Shown: positions 43,773 to 54,690 of the stretch, piece after piece
Layout of the letters: the number at the start of each line of letters is the position of its first letter
How positions within the stretch are numbered: the first letter of the stretch is position 1
Assembly: GCA_900617105.1 (NCBI GenBank)
Contig: UYFQ01000506.1
Location: 1 to 64,000 of the forward strand
Direction of reading: 5' to 3'
Length of the DNA stretch: 64,000 bases
DNA from: Hydrurus foetidus
Lineage: Eukaryota
Notes under the pieces: generated by a model
The model's database searches: none
Seen by the model: the letters and a program-made list of their open reading frames with translations, nothing else
Told to the model about the DNA's origin: nothing
Program-made: the position numbers and the translations under genes

Positions 43773-45161
43773 GTGACCGACACGCAGATTCCCGAAGCCC
43801 CCATGGACACGGGCGCGACCGTCGTCTGGTGCCAGAGCGCGCTGCTGGCCGACGGCTGGGCGCGAAGTGTCAGGCTGACCCTGTCGGAGGGTCGCATCGC
43901 CCGCATCGACACTGACGCTCCCGCCGGCGACGCCACCCGCCTGGGCGCACCCTGCCGGGGCTGGCCACGTTCACAGCCACGCCTTCCAGCGGGCCATGGC
44001 CGGCCTGGCCGAGGCGCGGGGCGACACCGGCGACAACTTCTGACCTGGCGCGAGGTGATGTACCGCTTCCTGGGCCGCCTGGGTCCGGACGAGGTCCAGA
44101 CCATCGCCGCCATGGGCCAGATCGAGATGCTGGAGGGCGGCTTCACCCGCGTGGGCGAGTTCCACTATCTGCACCACGACCCAGCGGGCGGCGTCTATGA
44201 CGACCCCGCCGAGATGGCCGTGCGGATTGCTGCGGCGGCCGACGAGACGGGCATCGGCCTGACCTTGCTGCCGGTGTTTTACGCCCACTCGAACTTCGGC
44301 GGCGCACCTCCGACGGATGGGCAGAAGCGCTTCATCCACGACGTCGACGGCTTCGCACGTCTGGTCGAGCGTTGCCGCGAGATCGTGTCCGGCACGCCGG
44401 ACGCTGTGGTCGGCATCGCCCCCCACAGCCTGCGCGCGGTGACGGCCGAGGAACTGGACGCCATCCTGCCGCTGGCCGGCGACGGCCCGATCCACATGCA
44501 CGTGGCCGAGCAGACCAAGGAGGTCGACGACTGTCTGGCCGCCACCGGCCAGCGGCCCGTCCGCTGGCTGATGAACCACACGCCGGTCGACAAGCGCTGG
44601 TGCCTGATCCACGCCACCCACATCAACGCCATGGAGACCGAGCGCCTGGCCAAGAGCGGCGCGGTGGCGGGCCTGTGCCCGGTCACCGAGGCCAATCTGG
44701 GTGACGGCGTCTTCCCGACCCACGACTATCTGGCGGCCGGCGGGGCATTTGGCCTGGGCACAGACTCCAACATCCTGATCGACGCGGCCGAGGAGGTGCG
44801 GGCCTGAATACGCCCAGCGCCTGACCCGCCGGGCTCGCAACGTCCTGGCCGGCGGACCCCGGCGCTCGACCGGCGGCGAACTTTGGCGCGGCCTGCGCGG
44901 GCGGCTTCAGGCGCTTGGCTCGGGACGGGCGGGCTGAAGCGCGGCGCGGCGGCCGACTTCACTCACCTGGACGCTGAGCATCCGGCCCTGATCGGACGCG
45001 AGGGCGACACCCTGATCGACAGCCTGGTCTTCGCCGGTCGCCACGGCGCCATCGACACCGTCTGGCGGCAGGGCCGGCAGGTGGTCGCGGGCGGTCGCCA
45101 CCATGCCCGCGACGCGGTCGCCGCGCGCTATCGCCAGACCCTGAAGGCCCTGCTGGCGTGA
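43773..45161 (+). CDS. hutF: Formiminoglutamate deiminase (frameshifted)
   Basis: HSHAFQR (alternate frame), TWREVMYRF, EFHYLHH, APHSLRA, HVAEQ, GTDSN. Confidence 0.9.
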
Positions 45162-45868
45162 CCTCGGTCCCGCTGCACCAGCGCATTCGCGGCGACATCG
45201 AGGACCGCATCCGCTCGGGCGACTGGCCGCCGGGCCACCGCGTGCCGTTCGAGACCGAGCTGATGGCGCAATATGGCTGCGCCCGCATGACGGTCAGTAA
45301 GGCCATGGCGGCCCTGGTCGAGGCCGGACTGATCGTGCGCCGCAAGCGGGCCGGCTCGTTCGTGGCCCGGCCCAGGGTGCATGCCCCGGTGCTGAACATT
45401 CCCGACATCCAGTCGGCGATCCCGTCGCGCGGCGAGACCTATGCCTTCCGCCTGCTGTCGAGCCGCACGCGCGGCGCCGAGCGGGGCAATGCCGACGAGC
45501 GCGAGCTGGCGGCGGGCGGCAAGTTGCTGGCGCTGGAGGGCGTCCACGACGCCGGCGGCCGGCCCTTTGCTCTGGAGCGTCGCCTGATCAGCCTGAAGAC
45601 CGCGCCGGGCGCCGCCATCGCCGACCTATCAGCCACGCCGCCCGGCGCCTGGCTGCTGGAACACGTCGCCTGGACCGAGGCCGAAAGCCGGATCAGCGCC
45701 GTCAACGCCGACGCCGAGGTCGCTGCCCGGCTCGACCTGGACGAAGGCGCGGCCTGCCTGGTCGTCGACCGCCGCACCTGGCGCGCCGGCGAGCACGTCA
45801 CCCGTGTGCGGCAGGTGTTCCCCGGCGAGGCCTACGACCTGGTGGCGCGGTTCGGGCCGGGGACTTAG
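45158..45868 (+). CDS. hutC: Histidine utilization repressor (GntR/UTRA)
   Basis: SGDWPPGHRVPFETEL..CARMTV..GSFV; UTRA domain; hut context. Confidence 0.92.
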   Translation: MTSVPLHQRIRGDIEDRIRSGDWPPGHRVPFETELMAQYGCARMTVSKAMAALVEAGLIVRRKRAGSFVARPRVHAPVLNIPDIQSAIPSRGETYAFRLLSSRTRGAERGNADERELAAGGKLLALEGVHDAGGRPFALERRLISLKTAPGAAIADLSATPPGAWLLEHVAWTEAESRISAVNADAEVAARLDLDEGAACLVVDRRTWRAGEHVTRVRQVFPGEAYDLVARFGPGT

Positions 45869-45892
45869 CGTTCTCTCGAGCAGGTCGCCCGA

Positions 45893-47348
45893 TCACGCCA
45901 GCTTGAACTGCGGTGGCGGCAGGCTCAGCCGGGTGTCGGCCACGGCTTCACCCCGGAAGAACCGCAGCAGCAGCCCCTGCACGTCGGGATGGGCCTCGAA
46001 GACATTGTGGCCGGCGTTCTCGACGATCACCCGGGATTTGCGCCGGAACTGGGCGGCCACCTCGTCCTGCTCGGGCATCGGCGTGCGGCCGTCCAGCGTC
46101 CCGGCGACCAGCAGGGCGGGATGGTCGATGCGGAGCGGCGCCCGGAAGCCTTCGCCGAGGTCCGCGCCCGGGACGGCGCCCAGCAGCTGCGGCATCGGGA
46201 AGTTCAGCGCCGTGCCCAGCACAGCGGTCTTGGCCTCGCGTCGCACCAGGGCCAGCCGGGCCGGCGAGATCCCGAGCCAGATCCGTGGCCTCGGGCATGC
46301 CGGCAATGCCGAGAAGGCCGGCGAATTCGTTTGCGAAGGGCTTCAGCACGTCGGTCTGACCGGCGTCGAGCGCCAGGTAGAGTCCCGGCAGCATGACCAG
46401 GGTCTGCGGATTGGCGATCAGCCCGCCCGACATCAGCTGAATGGCAAAGCCGCCAATCCGCAAATCGACCGGCGCGCCGTTCAGCGTAGCGGTCAGGCTG
46501 ATGGGCACCGCTTCCAGCTTGGCGTGCACCCGTCGCATCAGGGCCGGCAGGTCGGGGATCGCCGCGCGGACGGCGGGATCGGCGGCCAGCAGGCCATCCA
46601 CCTGGCGCAGAAGGGCGTCGATCGCCGCCGGCCGCTTCACCGTCTGGTCCTGGCCCTCCAGGCTGGCCAGGGCCACGCGGCTCACACGGTCGCCGTGCCG
46701 TTTGAGCATGCTCAGCGCCAGGTGCGTGCCATAGCTGATGCCCCAGAGGTCGACCTTTTCCGCGCCCAGGTGGCGTCGCAGATCATCGATGTCGTCGGCG
46801 TTCTGTTCGGTGTTGTACCCCGTCATGGCCACGCCGGCCTTGGTCCAGTCGGCCCAGGCCTCCTGGAAGTCTTCCCGGAAATAGGCGCTCAGCCCGGCTT
46901 CCGTGAACACCGGCGGTGGGCGCGTCGAGGCCGGCCGCTCCGGGATGGCGTTGGACAGGCCCGTGCCACGCTGGTCGAAGGCGATGACGTCGGCCACCTC
47001 ACGCAGGGCCATAAAGATCGGAAAGCGCGGTCCGCCCGCCGCCTGCGTCGCCCGGCCGCCCGGTCCGCCCGCCAGGTAGATGATCGGCGGTCCCGGCCTG
47101 GCCGCTGTGGAGGCAAAGCGGACATAGCTCAGCCGGATCTTCCGCGAGCCGGGATCGCGGCGATCCTCGGGGACCTCGAAGAAGCCCCGCTCGGCGTCGG
47201 CCTCCGCGCCCCGCCAGCCCTTGAAACGGATGGGGCCGGCCTGCGTCGGCGATGTCGCCGGAGCAGAGCTCTGGGCGAAGGCCAGGGTCGGAAGAACGAG
47301 GCCGGCGGCGGCGAGCAGGGCGCGGCGATGGAGCGATGTGTGGGTCAT
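45893..47348 (-). CDS. Tat-exported alpha/beta hydrolase (TAP-like peptidase; frameshift near 46280)
   Basis: HRRALL signal, GGPG, DQRGTG, GISYG, DGRTP, AGH. Confidence 0.85.
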
Positions 47349-47460
47349 GCCGACAGCTGAGCCGCCCGCAGCGCCGTCCGCCACGCCGCTTCGGTCAATG
47401 GCGCCTCCTCCTCGGCGAATGGCGGAGCATCTCGGTCAGCGGCGCCCTAAGAATGGGGCC

Positions 47461-48905
47461 ATGTGGCGAATCCTGATCCTCACCGTCCTGCTGACCGGTC
47501 TCGCGACCCTGGCCCGAGCCGAGGATACAGCATGGCAGGCCTGCCATGGCGCGCTCGGCCCGAGCGGTCCCGTGCTGAGCGACTGCCGCCCGGTCCAGGA
47601 TTTTGTCGATCCCCAGGGGCGGGAGCTCTGGGTCCGCTCCACGATCGAAGCCCCGAACCTGGCCTTGGGCGACACCCGGCCGCGCGCCCTCTATCTGGCG
47701 GGCGTCGCCTCGTCCGAGGCTTGGCTCAACGGTCAGCGCCTGGGCGCCAATGGCCGTCCCGGCGCGACGGCGCGGGACGAGGTCCCCGGGCGCTACCAGG
47801 CGATCTTCCCGATCCGCGAGACCACCTGGCGGACCGGGGAGAATGTTCTGGTGCTGCACCTGTCGTCCTTCCATGGCGGCCTGCGGTTCGCCCGCCCGAT
47901 GAGCGCCATGGGTGTCTGGCCCTATCCGTTTCCGCAGCGCACCGCGCTGCTGGCCGTCACCTTCGTGGCGGCCGGGACCCTGCTGGCGGCGGCGTTCGGC
48001 TTTGGCGTCATCCACGCCCTGCGTCGCACGGGGTCCAGTCTCACCCTGGCCGCCATGGCCGGGGTCGCGGCCGTCCAGGCCATTGTCGAGAGTCTGAGGC
48101 CGTTGTTCGACTATCCCTATCCGCTGCACGCCTGGCGGATGAGCGCGATCTGGCTGCTGGCGGCGGCCTTCGCGGTGCTGCTGGTGAGCTATGTCTCCAG
48201 CCGGTTCCTGCCCAGGGCGCGCGCCCTGATGATCGGCCTGGCCCTGGGTGTGGTCGGCGCCACGGCCTTGTTGCCCGGCTTCGATATCAAGACGGTCTGG
48301 GCGCTGATCCTGGGGGTGGCGCTGGCCGCCCTGCCAGCCGGGGCGGGCGTACGTGGCAAACGCTCCGGCGCGCGGCTGACCCTGGCCTATCTGGCGCTGT
48401 TCCTCGCCCTGGCCCTCGGGTTCCCCGAATGGCTGGCCGACCTCTCCTTCTTCCTGCTCGCCGCCGGCCTGGTGCTGCCTTTGCTGGTGGTCGAGCTGGT
48501 GCGGCTGGGCCGGGACGACCGGGGCCGCGAAGCCGCCCTGACCCGCGCCGCCAGCCGCCCCGACCGCCTGACCGTGGCCTCGGCGCGAGGCGTCGAGCTG
48601 GCGCCGATCGCAGAGATCCTGGCGGTGGTGGGGGCCGATGACTATGTCGAGCTGCGGATGGTCGGCGGCCGCAGCCTGCTGCACGCCGCGCGCCTCGACG
48701 GGCTGTCGACCCAGCTACCGGGCAACTTCCTGCGCATCCACCGCTCGGTGATCGCCAACCTGACCCACGTGCAGCGCCTGGAGCGCGACGGCGACCGCTG
48801 GCGGCTGCACCTGAGCGACGCGCCCTGCCTGTCAGCCGTTCGCGCCAGCCAGCCCTGCGCGAGGCGCTGGACGCTCCTCCCCCCGTGGGGACGGTGTCGA
48901 GGTAA
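47461..48905 (+). CDS. Membrane-anchored LytTR regulator (periplasmic beta domain, multiple TM helices, LytTR)
   Basis: Signal peptide; AWLNGQRLG..GENVL; TM block; ADDYVEL..FLRIHRS..N; +1 frame ends PVSRSR..TAA. Confidence 0.8.
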
Positions 48906-48982
48906 CAGGCAACGCGCCATCGGCGTTGTTGTCACGACCGGCGGCCAGGCCTGTTTACCGTTCCAGCGTCCGGTTCTGACGC

Positions 48983-49432
48983 TCAGCTGCGCTTTCTCAG
49001 AGCTCGACTGAAAACCTCGCCGCTTTCGACAAAGCCCGTGGCCAGACAAAATGTGCGCAGGTCTCCGGGCTCGATCGGCGGGTGAAGCACAAGCTCGCCG
49101 CACCCTGCAGAGCGGGCGGCCTGGGAGGCGGCCTTGAGAAGCAGGCGCGCGACCCCGTTTCGACGCCGGTCTGGATCGACGAAGAGGGTGGAGATCCACC
49201 CCACCTTCAGGTCGGCCGTGAGCACCGAATGCCAATGCGCCGCGATGACGCCCGAGGGTGGGCCCCATTCGTCGGCGATGAGCAGGACGCCGGGTTGGTC
49301 CTGAATGGCCCTGAGGCGCCGGGCAAGTTGCTCTCTGGCGACGGTCGGGCCTGCGGCTTTGAGCAGTTGCGCCAATCCGTCCACGTCGCCGCTGTCGGCG
49401 GCTCGAATGGACAGGCCATGGCGGCTCGACAT
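48983..49432 (-). CDS. GNAT N-acetyltransferase
   Basis: ISTLFVDPDRRRNGVARLLL..F..GF. Confidence 0.75.
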   Translation of the reverse strand: MSSRHGLSIRAADSGDVDGLAQLLKAAGPTVAREQLARRLRAIQDQPGVLLIADEWGPPSGVIAAHWHSVLTADLKVGWISTLFVDPDRRRNGVARLLLKAASQAARSAGCGELVLHPPIEPGDLRTFCLATGFVESGEVFSRALRKRS

Positions 49433-49445
49433 GGCGGTTTGCCCC

Positions 49446-50102
49446 TCAGGCGAGGCGGTCGATCAGGAAACGCCCGCCGAGCTGGAGGCCGGGTTCATCG
49501 ATGCTGTGGCCAAGACCGGGCGAAACGTGGGCGGCGACGTCGAAGTCCAGGCCTTTGAGCTGGAGCTGGGCGTGATGCAGCGCTTCGACGGGCAGGACGT
49601 CGTCGCGGTCGCCGTGGACCAGGAGAATGGGCGGCCTGGTCGCGACCTCGACGGCCAGGGCGTCTGGATCGGCCAGCATGCCGGAGAAGCCGATGATCCC
49701 GGCCAGGGCCTTGGCCCGGCGCGGCCCGACATGCAGCGCCATCATCGAGCCCTGGCTGAACCCGACCAGGGCCAGCCTGTCTTCGCTGAGGCCATGGGCG
49801 GCGAGCTGGGCGTCGATATAGGCGTTCAGGGCCGGGGCCGAGACGCGGACGCCCGCCGCGCGCGCTGCCGGCGTCAGGCTGGTCAGGGGCCACCACTGTC
49901 GACCAAGGGGACGCCGTCGCAGGGCTGGGGCGCGTCGGGCGAGGAACAGCGTGTCGGGCAGGGCAGAGGCCCAGTAGGGCGCCAGGTCGATCAGGTCCGC
50001 GCCGTTCGATCCATAGCCGTGCAGGAAGATCACCAGGGATTTGGCCGGGCCGCCCGAGATCGGCGCCGCGCGGGGACCGTCGAGCATTGGGATCTGGGTC
50101 AT
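49446..50102 (-). CDS. Phospholipase/carboxylesterase
   Basis: FLHGYGSNG, GFSQG, HGDRDDV, GHSI. Confidence 0.88.
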   Translation of the reverse strand: MTQIPMLDGPRAAPISGGPAKSLVIFLHGYGSNGADLIDLAPYWASALPDTLFLARRAPALRRRPLGRQWWPLTSLTPAARAAGVRVSAPALNAYIDAQLAAHGLSEDRLALVGFSQGSMMALHVGPRRAKALAGIIGFSGMLADPDALAVEVATRPPILLVHGDRDDVLPVEALHHAQLQLKGLDFDVAAHVSPGLGHSIDEPGLQLGGRFLIDRLA

Positions 50103-50341
50103 GGCGGTTCCTGGTCGGATCGGTTCGGCTGGGGCGATCCTTATAGCCGCGCGGACGCGGCGGCGTCGCGCGCCAAGACTTGACCGGGGTGTTGTCAGGA
50201 TCGTTTTGCGGCTTTCGGACGGTCCTCAGCATCAACAGATAGCCCGATCCCCATCTCATCGGCGTGGCCGCGCCATCGGGAGATCATCCGTGGTGCTCAC
50301 GGCAACCGAGGGCAAAGCCCCCGATTGCCGCAGCAGGACCC

Positions 50342-50767
50342 TTAGGCCTTGGGCAACAGCACGGCGTCGATCACGTGGATGACGCCATTGGTGCAGGCGA
50401 TATCCGCAGTCACAACCTTGGCGCCATTGACCGTCACGCCATCGGAGCCGTCGACATGCACGGTTGCGCCGCCGGCGGTTGCCGCATCCATCACCTTGCC
50501 CGTGACGTCAGCAGCCATGACCTGGCCGGGCAGGACGTGGAGCAGCAGGATCGCCGTCAACTTGTCCTTGTTCTCGGGCTTGACGAGGTCTTCGACCGTG
50601 CCGGCCGGCAGGGCGGCAAACGCCTCATCCGACGGGGCGAAGACCGTGAACGGACCTGCGCTCTTCAGCGTATCGACCAGACCGGCGGCCGTGACGGCGG
50701 CGACCAGCGTCGTGAAGGCGCCGGCGGCAACGGCGGTATCGACGATATCGTGCGTCTGATCAGTCAT
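50342..50767 (-). CDS. Fasciclin (FAS1) single-domain protein
   Basis: [32 protein letters not shown]. Confidence 0.92.
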   Translation of the reverse strand: MTDQTHDIVDTAVAAGAFTTLVAAVTAAGLVDTLKSAGPFTVFAPSDEAFAALPAGTVEDLVKPENKDKLTAILLLHVLPGQVMAADVTGKVMDAATAGGATVHVDGSDGVTVNGAKVVTADIACTNGVIHVIDAVLLPKA

Positions 50768-50929
50768 GTTGGGTTCCTTTGGAACGATCGGCATTGGGGA
50801 GGGAGAAGCGATCTTCAGCGACACAAGGCGCGCCGCAGATCGGAGGTAGGGAAGCGCTTGCATCGATACGGCGCGAGCGTGTCGCCACCGCGGAGGGCAA
50901 GTCCCACAGATCCCCGCAGCGGCCCATAC

Positions 50930-50941
50930 GGGCTTTGGGCC
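50930..50941. promoter_or_regulatory. Candidate EL222-type binding site
   Basis: GGGCTTTGGGCC matches RGNCYWWRGNCY, in the divergent fasciclin/CBS intergenic region. Confidence 0.4.
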
Positions 50942-51097
50942 ATCTGGTAACCGCAGCAATCCGCCATCAAGGTCGGGCGTCCTGCGAACAGGCGAACCAT
51001 CGTGCCCCATGGGCAAACCGGCCATCGCCAGATGCGATGGGAGACGGTGTTGGCCGCCTCTTCGTCCTGACCCCATCATCGCCCAGGAGAGATTGCC

Positions 51098-51613
51098 GTG
51101 AAGATCAAGGACAGGCCGGAGTTTCGAAGCAAGGCCGCAGTATTGACGTTCGGGCCCGATGTGCCGGTCGCCGAGGCCGTCGCCGTGATGAGCGAGCGCA
51201 ACTACGGGGCGGCGGTCATCGTCAGTCCCGACCGCAAACCGCTCGGCATCGTGACGGAACGCGATTTCATGCGCCGTCTGCTCAACAAGCGGATGAACCC
51301 GGACGAGACGACCCTCTCCCAGATCATGACGACGGATCTGAAGATGGCCAGGGCCGACGACGACCTTCTCGACTGGCTGCGCATCATGTCCAACGAGAGA
51401 TTTCGCCACCTGCCGGTGGTCGACGACCAGGGCGTGATCATCAGTATGATGAGCCAGGGCGACTTCGTGAGCTATACTTGGCCAGAACTGATGGGGCGAC
51501 TGAAAGAGCAGGCCCGGGCCACGTTCAATGTCAGTCCCTCGTTGGTGATGATTATCGCCTGTGCCGCCATCTTCGCGGCCTGGTCCGTGACGATCTTCGC
51601 GCAACTTCGCTGA
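51098..51613 (+). CDS. CBS-pair protein with C-terminal TM helix
   Basis: [19 protein letters not shown]. Confidence 0.88.
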   Translation: MKIKDRPEFRSKAAVLTFGPDVPVAEAVAVMSERNYGAAVIVSPDRKPLGIVTERDFMRRLLNKRMNPDETTLSQIMTTDLKMARADDDLLDWLRIMSNERFRHLPVVDDQGVIISMMSQGDFVSYTWPELMGRLKEQARATFNVSPSLVMIIACAAIFAAWSVTIFAQLR

Positions 51614-51632
51614 TTGACGGGGACGATCGGAG

Positions 51633-51673
51633 CAAGACAGGCCTGCCACCCGTGGGGTGGCAGGCCTGTCTTG
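51633..51673. terminator. Perfect 19-bp hairpin between convergent CBS and blh genes
   Basis: CAAGACAGGCCTGCCACCC-GTG-GGGTGGCAGGCCTGTCTTG. Confidence 0.75.
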
Positions 51674-51674
51674 A

Positions 51675-52598
51675 TCAGCGCCTGGCCGCAGCCTGCACCC
51701 TTCGCTCCAGCCAATGCGACAACAACAGGTGCGGGGCGGCGACAGCGGCAAGCAACTGAAAGGCCTGCGACGTCAAGTTCGCGTCGACCCTGAACGGGAA
51801 CAGCACCTGCAGCGCCAGCCACCCCACGATCGTGGCGCCTGACAGCAAACCGCCTGTCGCGATCCAGCGCGACCGCGACATGTCGCGGAGTATGCCGCGC
51901 GCCTTATCAAGGTGCAGTGGCGAATGCAGGAAGACAAAAAACAGGGCGAAGCCGATCACGGGCGGGGCGACCGCGAGCACGACGAGGCAGAGCGTCACCG
52001 CTTTCGCCCACGTCCGAGACCCACCCAGCCAGGCTGTCGCGATGCCGACGGCGGTGACAAGCAATGTCACGGGCGCGGCTGCGGAAATGACGCGGACCAA
52101 TAGCGTCGCCCGGTCATCGCTCATCGCGACAAACAGGGCCGCCACCGCCGCCGGATGGCTGATGGTCGGCACGGTGATCACCGCCGCCCCTGCCGCGATG
52201 CGCAGCAGCGGCGCTTCAAGCATTTGCCAATCCTCGCCGAAATGCACAGCCGAGATCGACAGGAACAGGACCAGCGCCAGCAGGGGCAGCGTCATCCACA
52301 GCAGCGCCATGGCGACGGCGATCGCGACGTAGCCGCCGATCACGAGCGCCAGAACGCGCCACCCCGGCGCGATGGCTCTGCGCAGCAAGGCGATATCGTA
52401 GGCGCCGTGTGGCAGGCCGCCGCCCAGAAACAGGGCCGTGGCGACGGTAACCGCCATCGACTGTCCCAGCGGAGCGCCCAGCCATGCCGCCAGCAGCAGG
52501 GCGACTGCGACGGGCCAGAAGACCGGAAGCACCCGGTTGCAACGTCCCAAGGGCGCGTGGCAACCGGGTGCAGTTGGGGCTAACCCAATCCCTTTCAT
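51675..52598 (-). CDS. blh: Brp/Blh beta-carotene 15,15'-dioxygenase
   Basis: [29 protein letters not shown] His motifs; directly downstream of rhodopsin. Confidence 0.9.
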   Translation of the reverse strand: MKGIGLAPTAPGCHAPLGRCNRVLPVFWPVAVALLLAAWLGAPLGQSMAVTVATALFLGGGLPHGAYDIALLRRAIAPGWRVLALVIGGYVAIAVAMALLWMTLPLLALVLFLSISAVHFGEDWQMLEAPLLRIAAGAAVITVPTISHPAAVAALFVAMSDDRATLLVRVISAAAPVTLLVTAVGIATAWLGGSRTWAKAVTLCLVVLAVAPPVIGFALFFVFLHSPLHLDKARGILRDMSRSRWIATGGLLSGATIVGWLALQVLFPFRVDANLTSQAFQLLAAVAAPHLLLSHWLERRVQAAARR

Positions 52599-52602
52599 GG
52601 GA

Positions 52603-53370
52603 TTAGGCAGCGTAGGCCTTGCCGCCATTGGTGTCGGACTCCGACTTCCGGACCGCGATCAGGAAGATGAGGATGCCGATGCCGGCCTTGGCGATCAGGT
52701 CAGCGATCGTGTAGCCGACCTGGATGGTCGTCTCGACGGCGCCGCCGGTCAGGCCCATGAACGGCGCGAAGAAGACGATCGGGTAGAAGCCCCATGACGC
52801 AACCGTCACCAGGCGAGCCGTGCGGATCAGACCTTGCGCGGCGGCCGGCTGCTCCTTGATCGACTTGCCCAGCCCAACGAACAGCTGGAAGACGATGTAG
52901 AGGAACGGGACCATGGACAGCGAGCCCCACAAGGCGCGCGTCGCCAGATCGGTGGCGATTTCGCCGGGATAGCCCAGCACGATCATCAGCGCTGCGGCCA
53001 GCCCGAGGGAGACCGACTTCGACGTGGTTTCCGCTCGCGACAGGCGCATCACCAGGATCAGTTCGATGAGCAGCAGGGGAACCGTCAGCAGCCAGTCGAC
53101 ATAGCGATAGGCGTCGTTGAAGGCGATGCCGGTCGCCGTCACCACGCCGTCCTTGAACGTGTAGGCGTCGTGCCAGCTCTCGAAGATGCGGAAATAGTGA
53201 TAGGCCGCGATGGCGGTGACAACGCCCGAGATGGTCAGGGCCGTGCGGTAGGCCGACGCGACTTGTGACCGGCTGAGCCACAAGAACATCGTGGCGGCGG
53301 CCATCGCCGCAAAAGCGAATGAAAACGCGTTGTAGATCAGCTCGTATTGGAAGGGTGTAACAGTATCCAT
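52603..53370 (-). CDS. Xanthorhodopsin-type light-driven proton pump (DTE)
   Basis: FNDAYRYVDWLLTVPLLLIE (D/T/E), AAYHY, LWGSLS, ADLIAKAG Schiff-base Lys. Confidence 0.95.
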   Translation of the reverse strand: MDTVTPFQYELIYNAFSFAFAAMAAATMFLWLSRSQVASAYRTALTISGVVTAIAAYHYFRIFESWHDAYTFKDGVVTATGIAFNDAYRYVDWLLTVPLLLIELILVMRLSRAETTSKSVSLGLAAALMIVLGYPGEIATDLATRALWGSLSMVPFLYIVFQLFVGLGKSIKEQPAAAQGLIRTARLVTVASWGFYPIVFFAPFMGLTGGAVETTIQVGYTIADLIAKAGIGILIFLIAVRKSESDTNGGKAYAA

Positions 53371-53572
53371 TGAAGTCTCCGTCGCAGTTGTCCGCAGCGC
53401 GATTGCGCCGGGCAGGGGTGTTGCGGAGGTCGCACGATCATAGTGAGACGATCTTCGGGCCCCCGAAGCGTCGTGACAGCGGCATTACTGGAAACATGAA
53501 TGTCGACCGCGCGCGCAAAACTCGGAGCGCGCAGCCATGCCGCTATGACAACCTGGATGGGATAGGCTGCGG

Positions 53573-54277
53573 TCAAGTTTTCGGCGATACGGACCTTCTG
53601 CCGTATCGGCGACAATGACGATCTAGGCCGGCCTCGACGGCGAGGCGGATCAGGTCGGCTGTCGTATGCAGCCCCAGCCGGTTCATCAGGATGGCGCGGT
53701 GCATCTTGACGGTCTTCTCGGCCAGATTCAGGTGGGCCGCGATCTGCTTGTTCAGCAGCCCGCTGGCGACCAGCTTGAGCACCTGGCCTTGCCTCGGCGA
53801 CAGCGACTTGACCATTTCCGCAGCCCGGATCCGGCGCATGCTCGACGGCGCCGCCGCATCGGCGTCGATTTCGACCTGCGAGCCGAGGAAATACAGCAAG
53901 GCGTCTTCCTCGTCGTAGATCGGCGCGACAAGGACGGCGTTGCGAAAGGGTTGGCCATTGCGCTTGTAGTTCAGGATCTCGACGAGCACGGGACGATGTT
54001 CGCGCACCCCGCGACGGATTTCCTCGGTCAGCCACGGCTCGGTCGCCGGTCCCGACAGGAAACGGCAGTTTCGCCCCACCACCTCCTCGGGCGGATAGCC
54101 CGTGAGCTCGCAAAAGGCTTCGTTGCAGGCGATGATCGGATTGTCGGGCAGTCGCGGGTCGCTGATCACCGAAGGGATCGGGCTATCCGTCACAAGCCGC
54201 ATATGGCGGCCGTCAGCGATACAGACATTGGCGTCTATCGCCAGATCAGTGCCTGTTTTGTTCATCCTGGAGACCAT
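53573..54277 (-). CDS. EL222-like LOV-LuxR HTH blue-light transcription factor (true stop may be near 53623)
   Basis: [50 protein letters not shown]. Confidence 0.93.
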   Translation of the reverse strand: MVSRMNKTGTDLAIDANVCIADGRHMRLVTDSPIPSVISDPRLPDNPIIACNEAFCELTGYPPEEVVGRNCRFLSGPATEPWLTEEIRRGVREHRPVLVEILNYKRNGQPFRNAVLVAPIYDEEDALLYFLGSQVEIDADAAAPSSMRRIRAAEMVKSLSPRQGQVLKLVASGLLNKQIAAHLNLAEKTVKMHRAILMNRLGLHTTADLIRLAVEAGLDRHCRRYGRRSVSPKT

Positions 54278-54553
54278 GCCAGATGCAGAACGCTCTTACA
54301 CTCGTTTTGATGCCATGCCGCCAATCTTGGCAGTGTCGCTTCTGTCCGCGCGTCGTTGTCATGCGCCAAGCATGCCGTGCTGAGCAAAGGTCAATAAAAT
54401 TAGATCGTTAAAGACTGTCATGCGTTGCATGAACACATCTGGGGAGAGCGTTTTGGCTCGTGACCTTACCCCAACCTTGGACCAGGTCGGGCTGGGACTT
54501 TGGCCAGCTTCGTCAAGCGGCCGAACAACCGGAGAGCTCTGGGAAATCCGTCC

Positions 54554-54630
54554 TGGTGGTTGGAGGCGGGATCGAACCGCCGACCTGTGGGTTATGAATC
54601 CACCGCTCTAACCATCTGAGCTACCCAACC
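54554..54630 (-). tRNA. tRNA with CAT anticodon (probably elongator tRNA-Met)
   Basis: GGTTGGGTAGCTCAGATGGTTAGAGCGGTGGATTCATAACCCACAGGTCGGCGGTTCGATCCCGCCTCCAACCACCA; G1-C72 paired. Confidence 0.92.
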
Positions 54631-54690
54631 GCACCAGGACGGGAGCGGGGCTTATAGTCGAGAAGCGCGCGGGATTTCAAGCGACCCCGT

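Noticed and set aside
10571..48684. Many long antisense/alternate-frame ORFs (e.g. 10571-12079, 18972-20312, 36862-38712, 45804-47360)
   Set aside because: Typical stop-poor shadows of real genes in high-GC DNA; no recognisable motifs.
50342..51751. 469-aa 'long fasciclin' ORF
   Set aside because: The N-terminal part is the antisense shadow of the CBS gene; the FAS1 protein starts at 50767.
45870..54553. att duplication or integrase bounding the rhodopsin block at tRNA-Met
   Set aside because: No second copy of the tRNA 3' end and no recombinase seen; mobility is inferred only from gene content and position.
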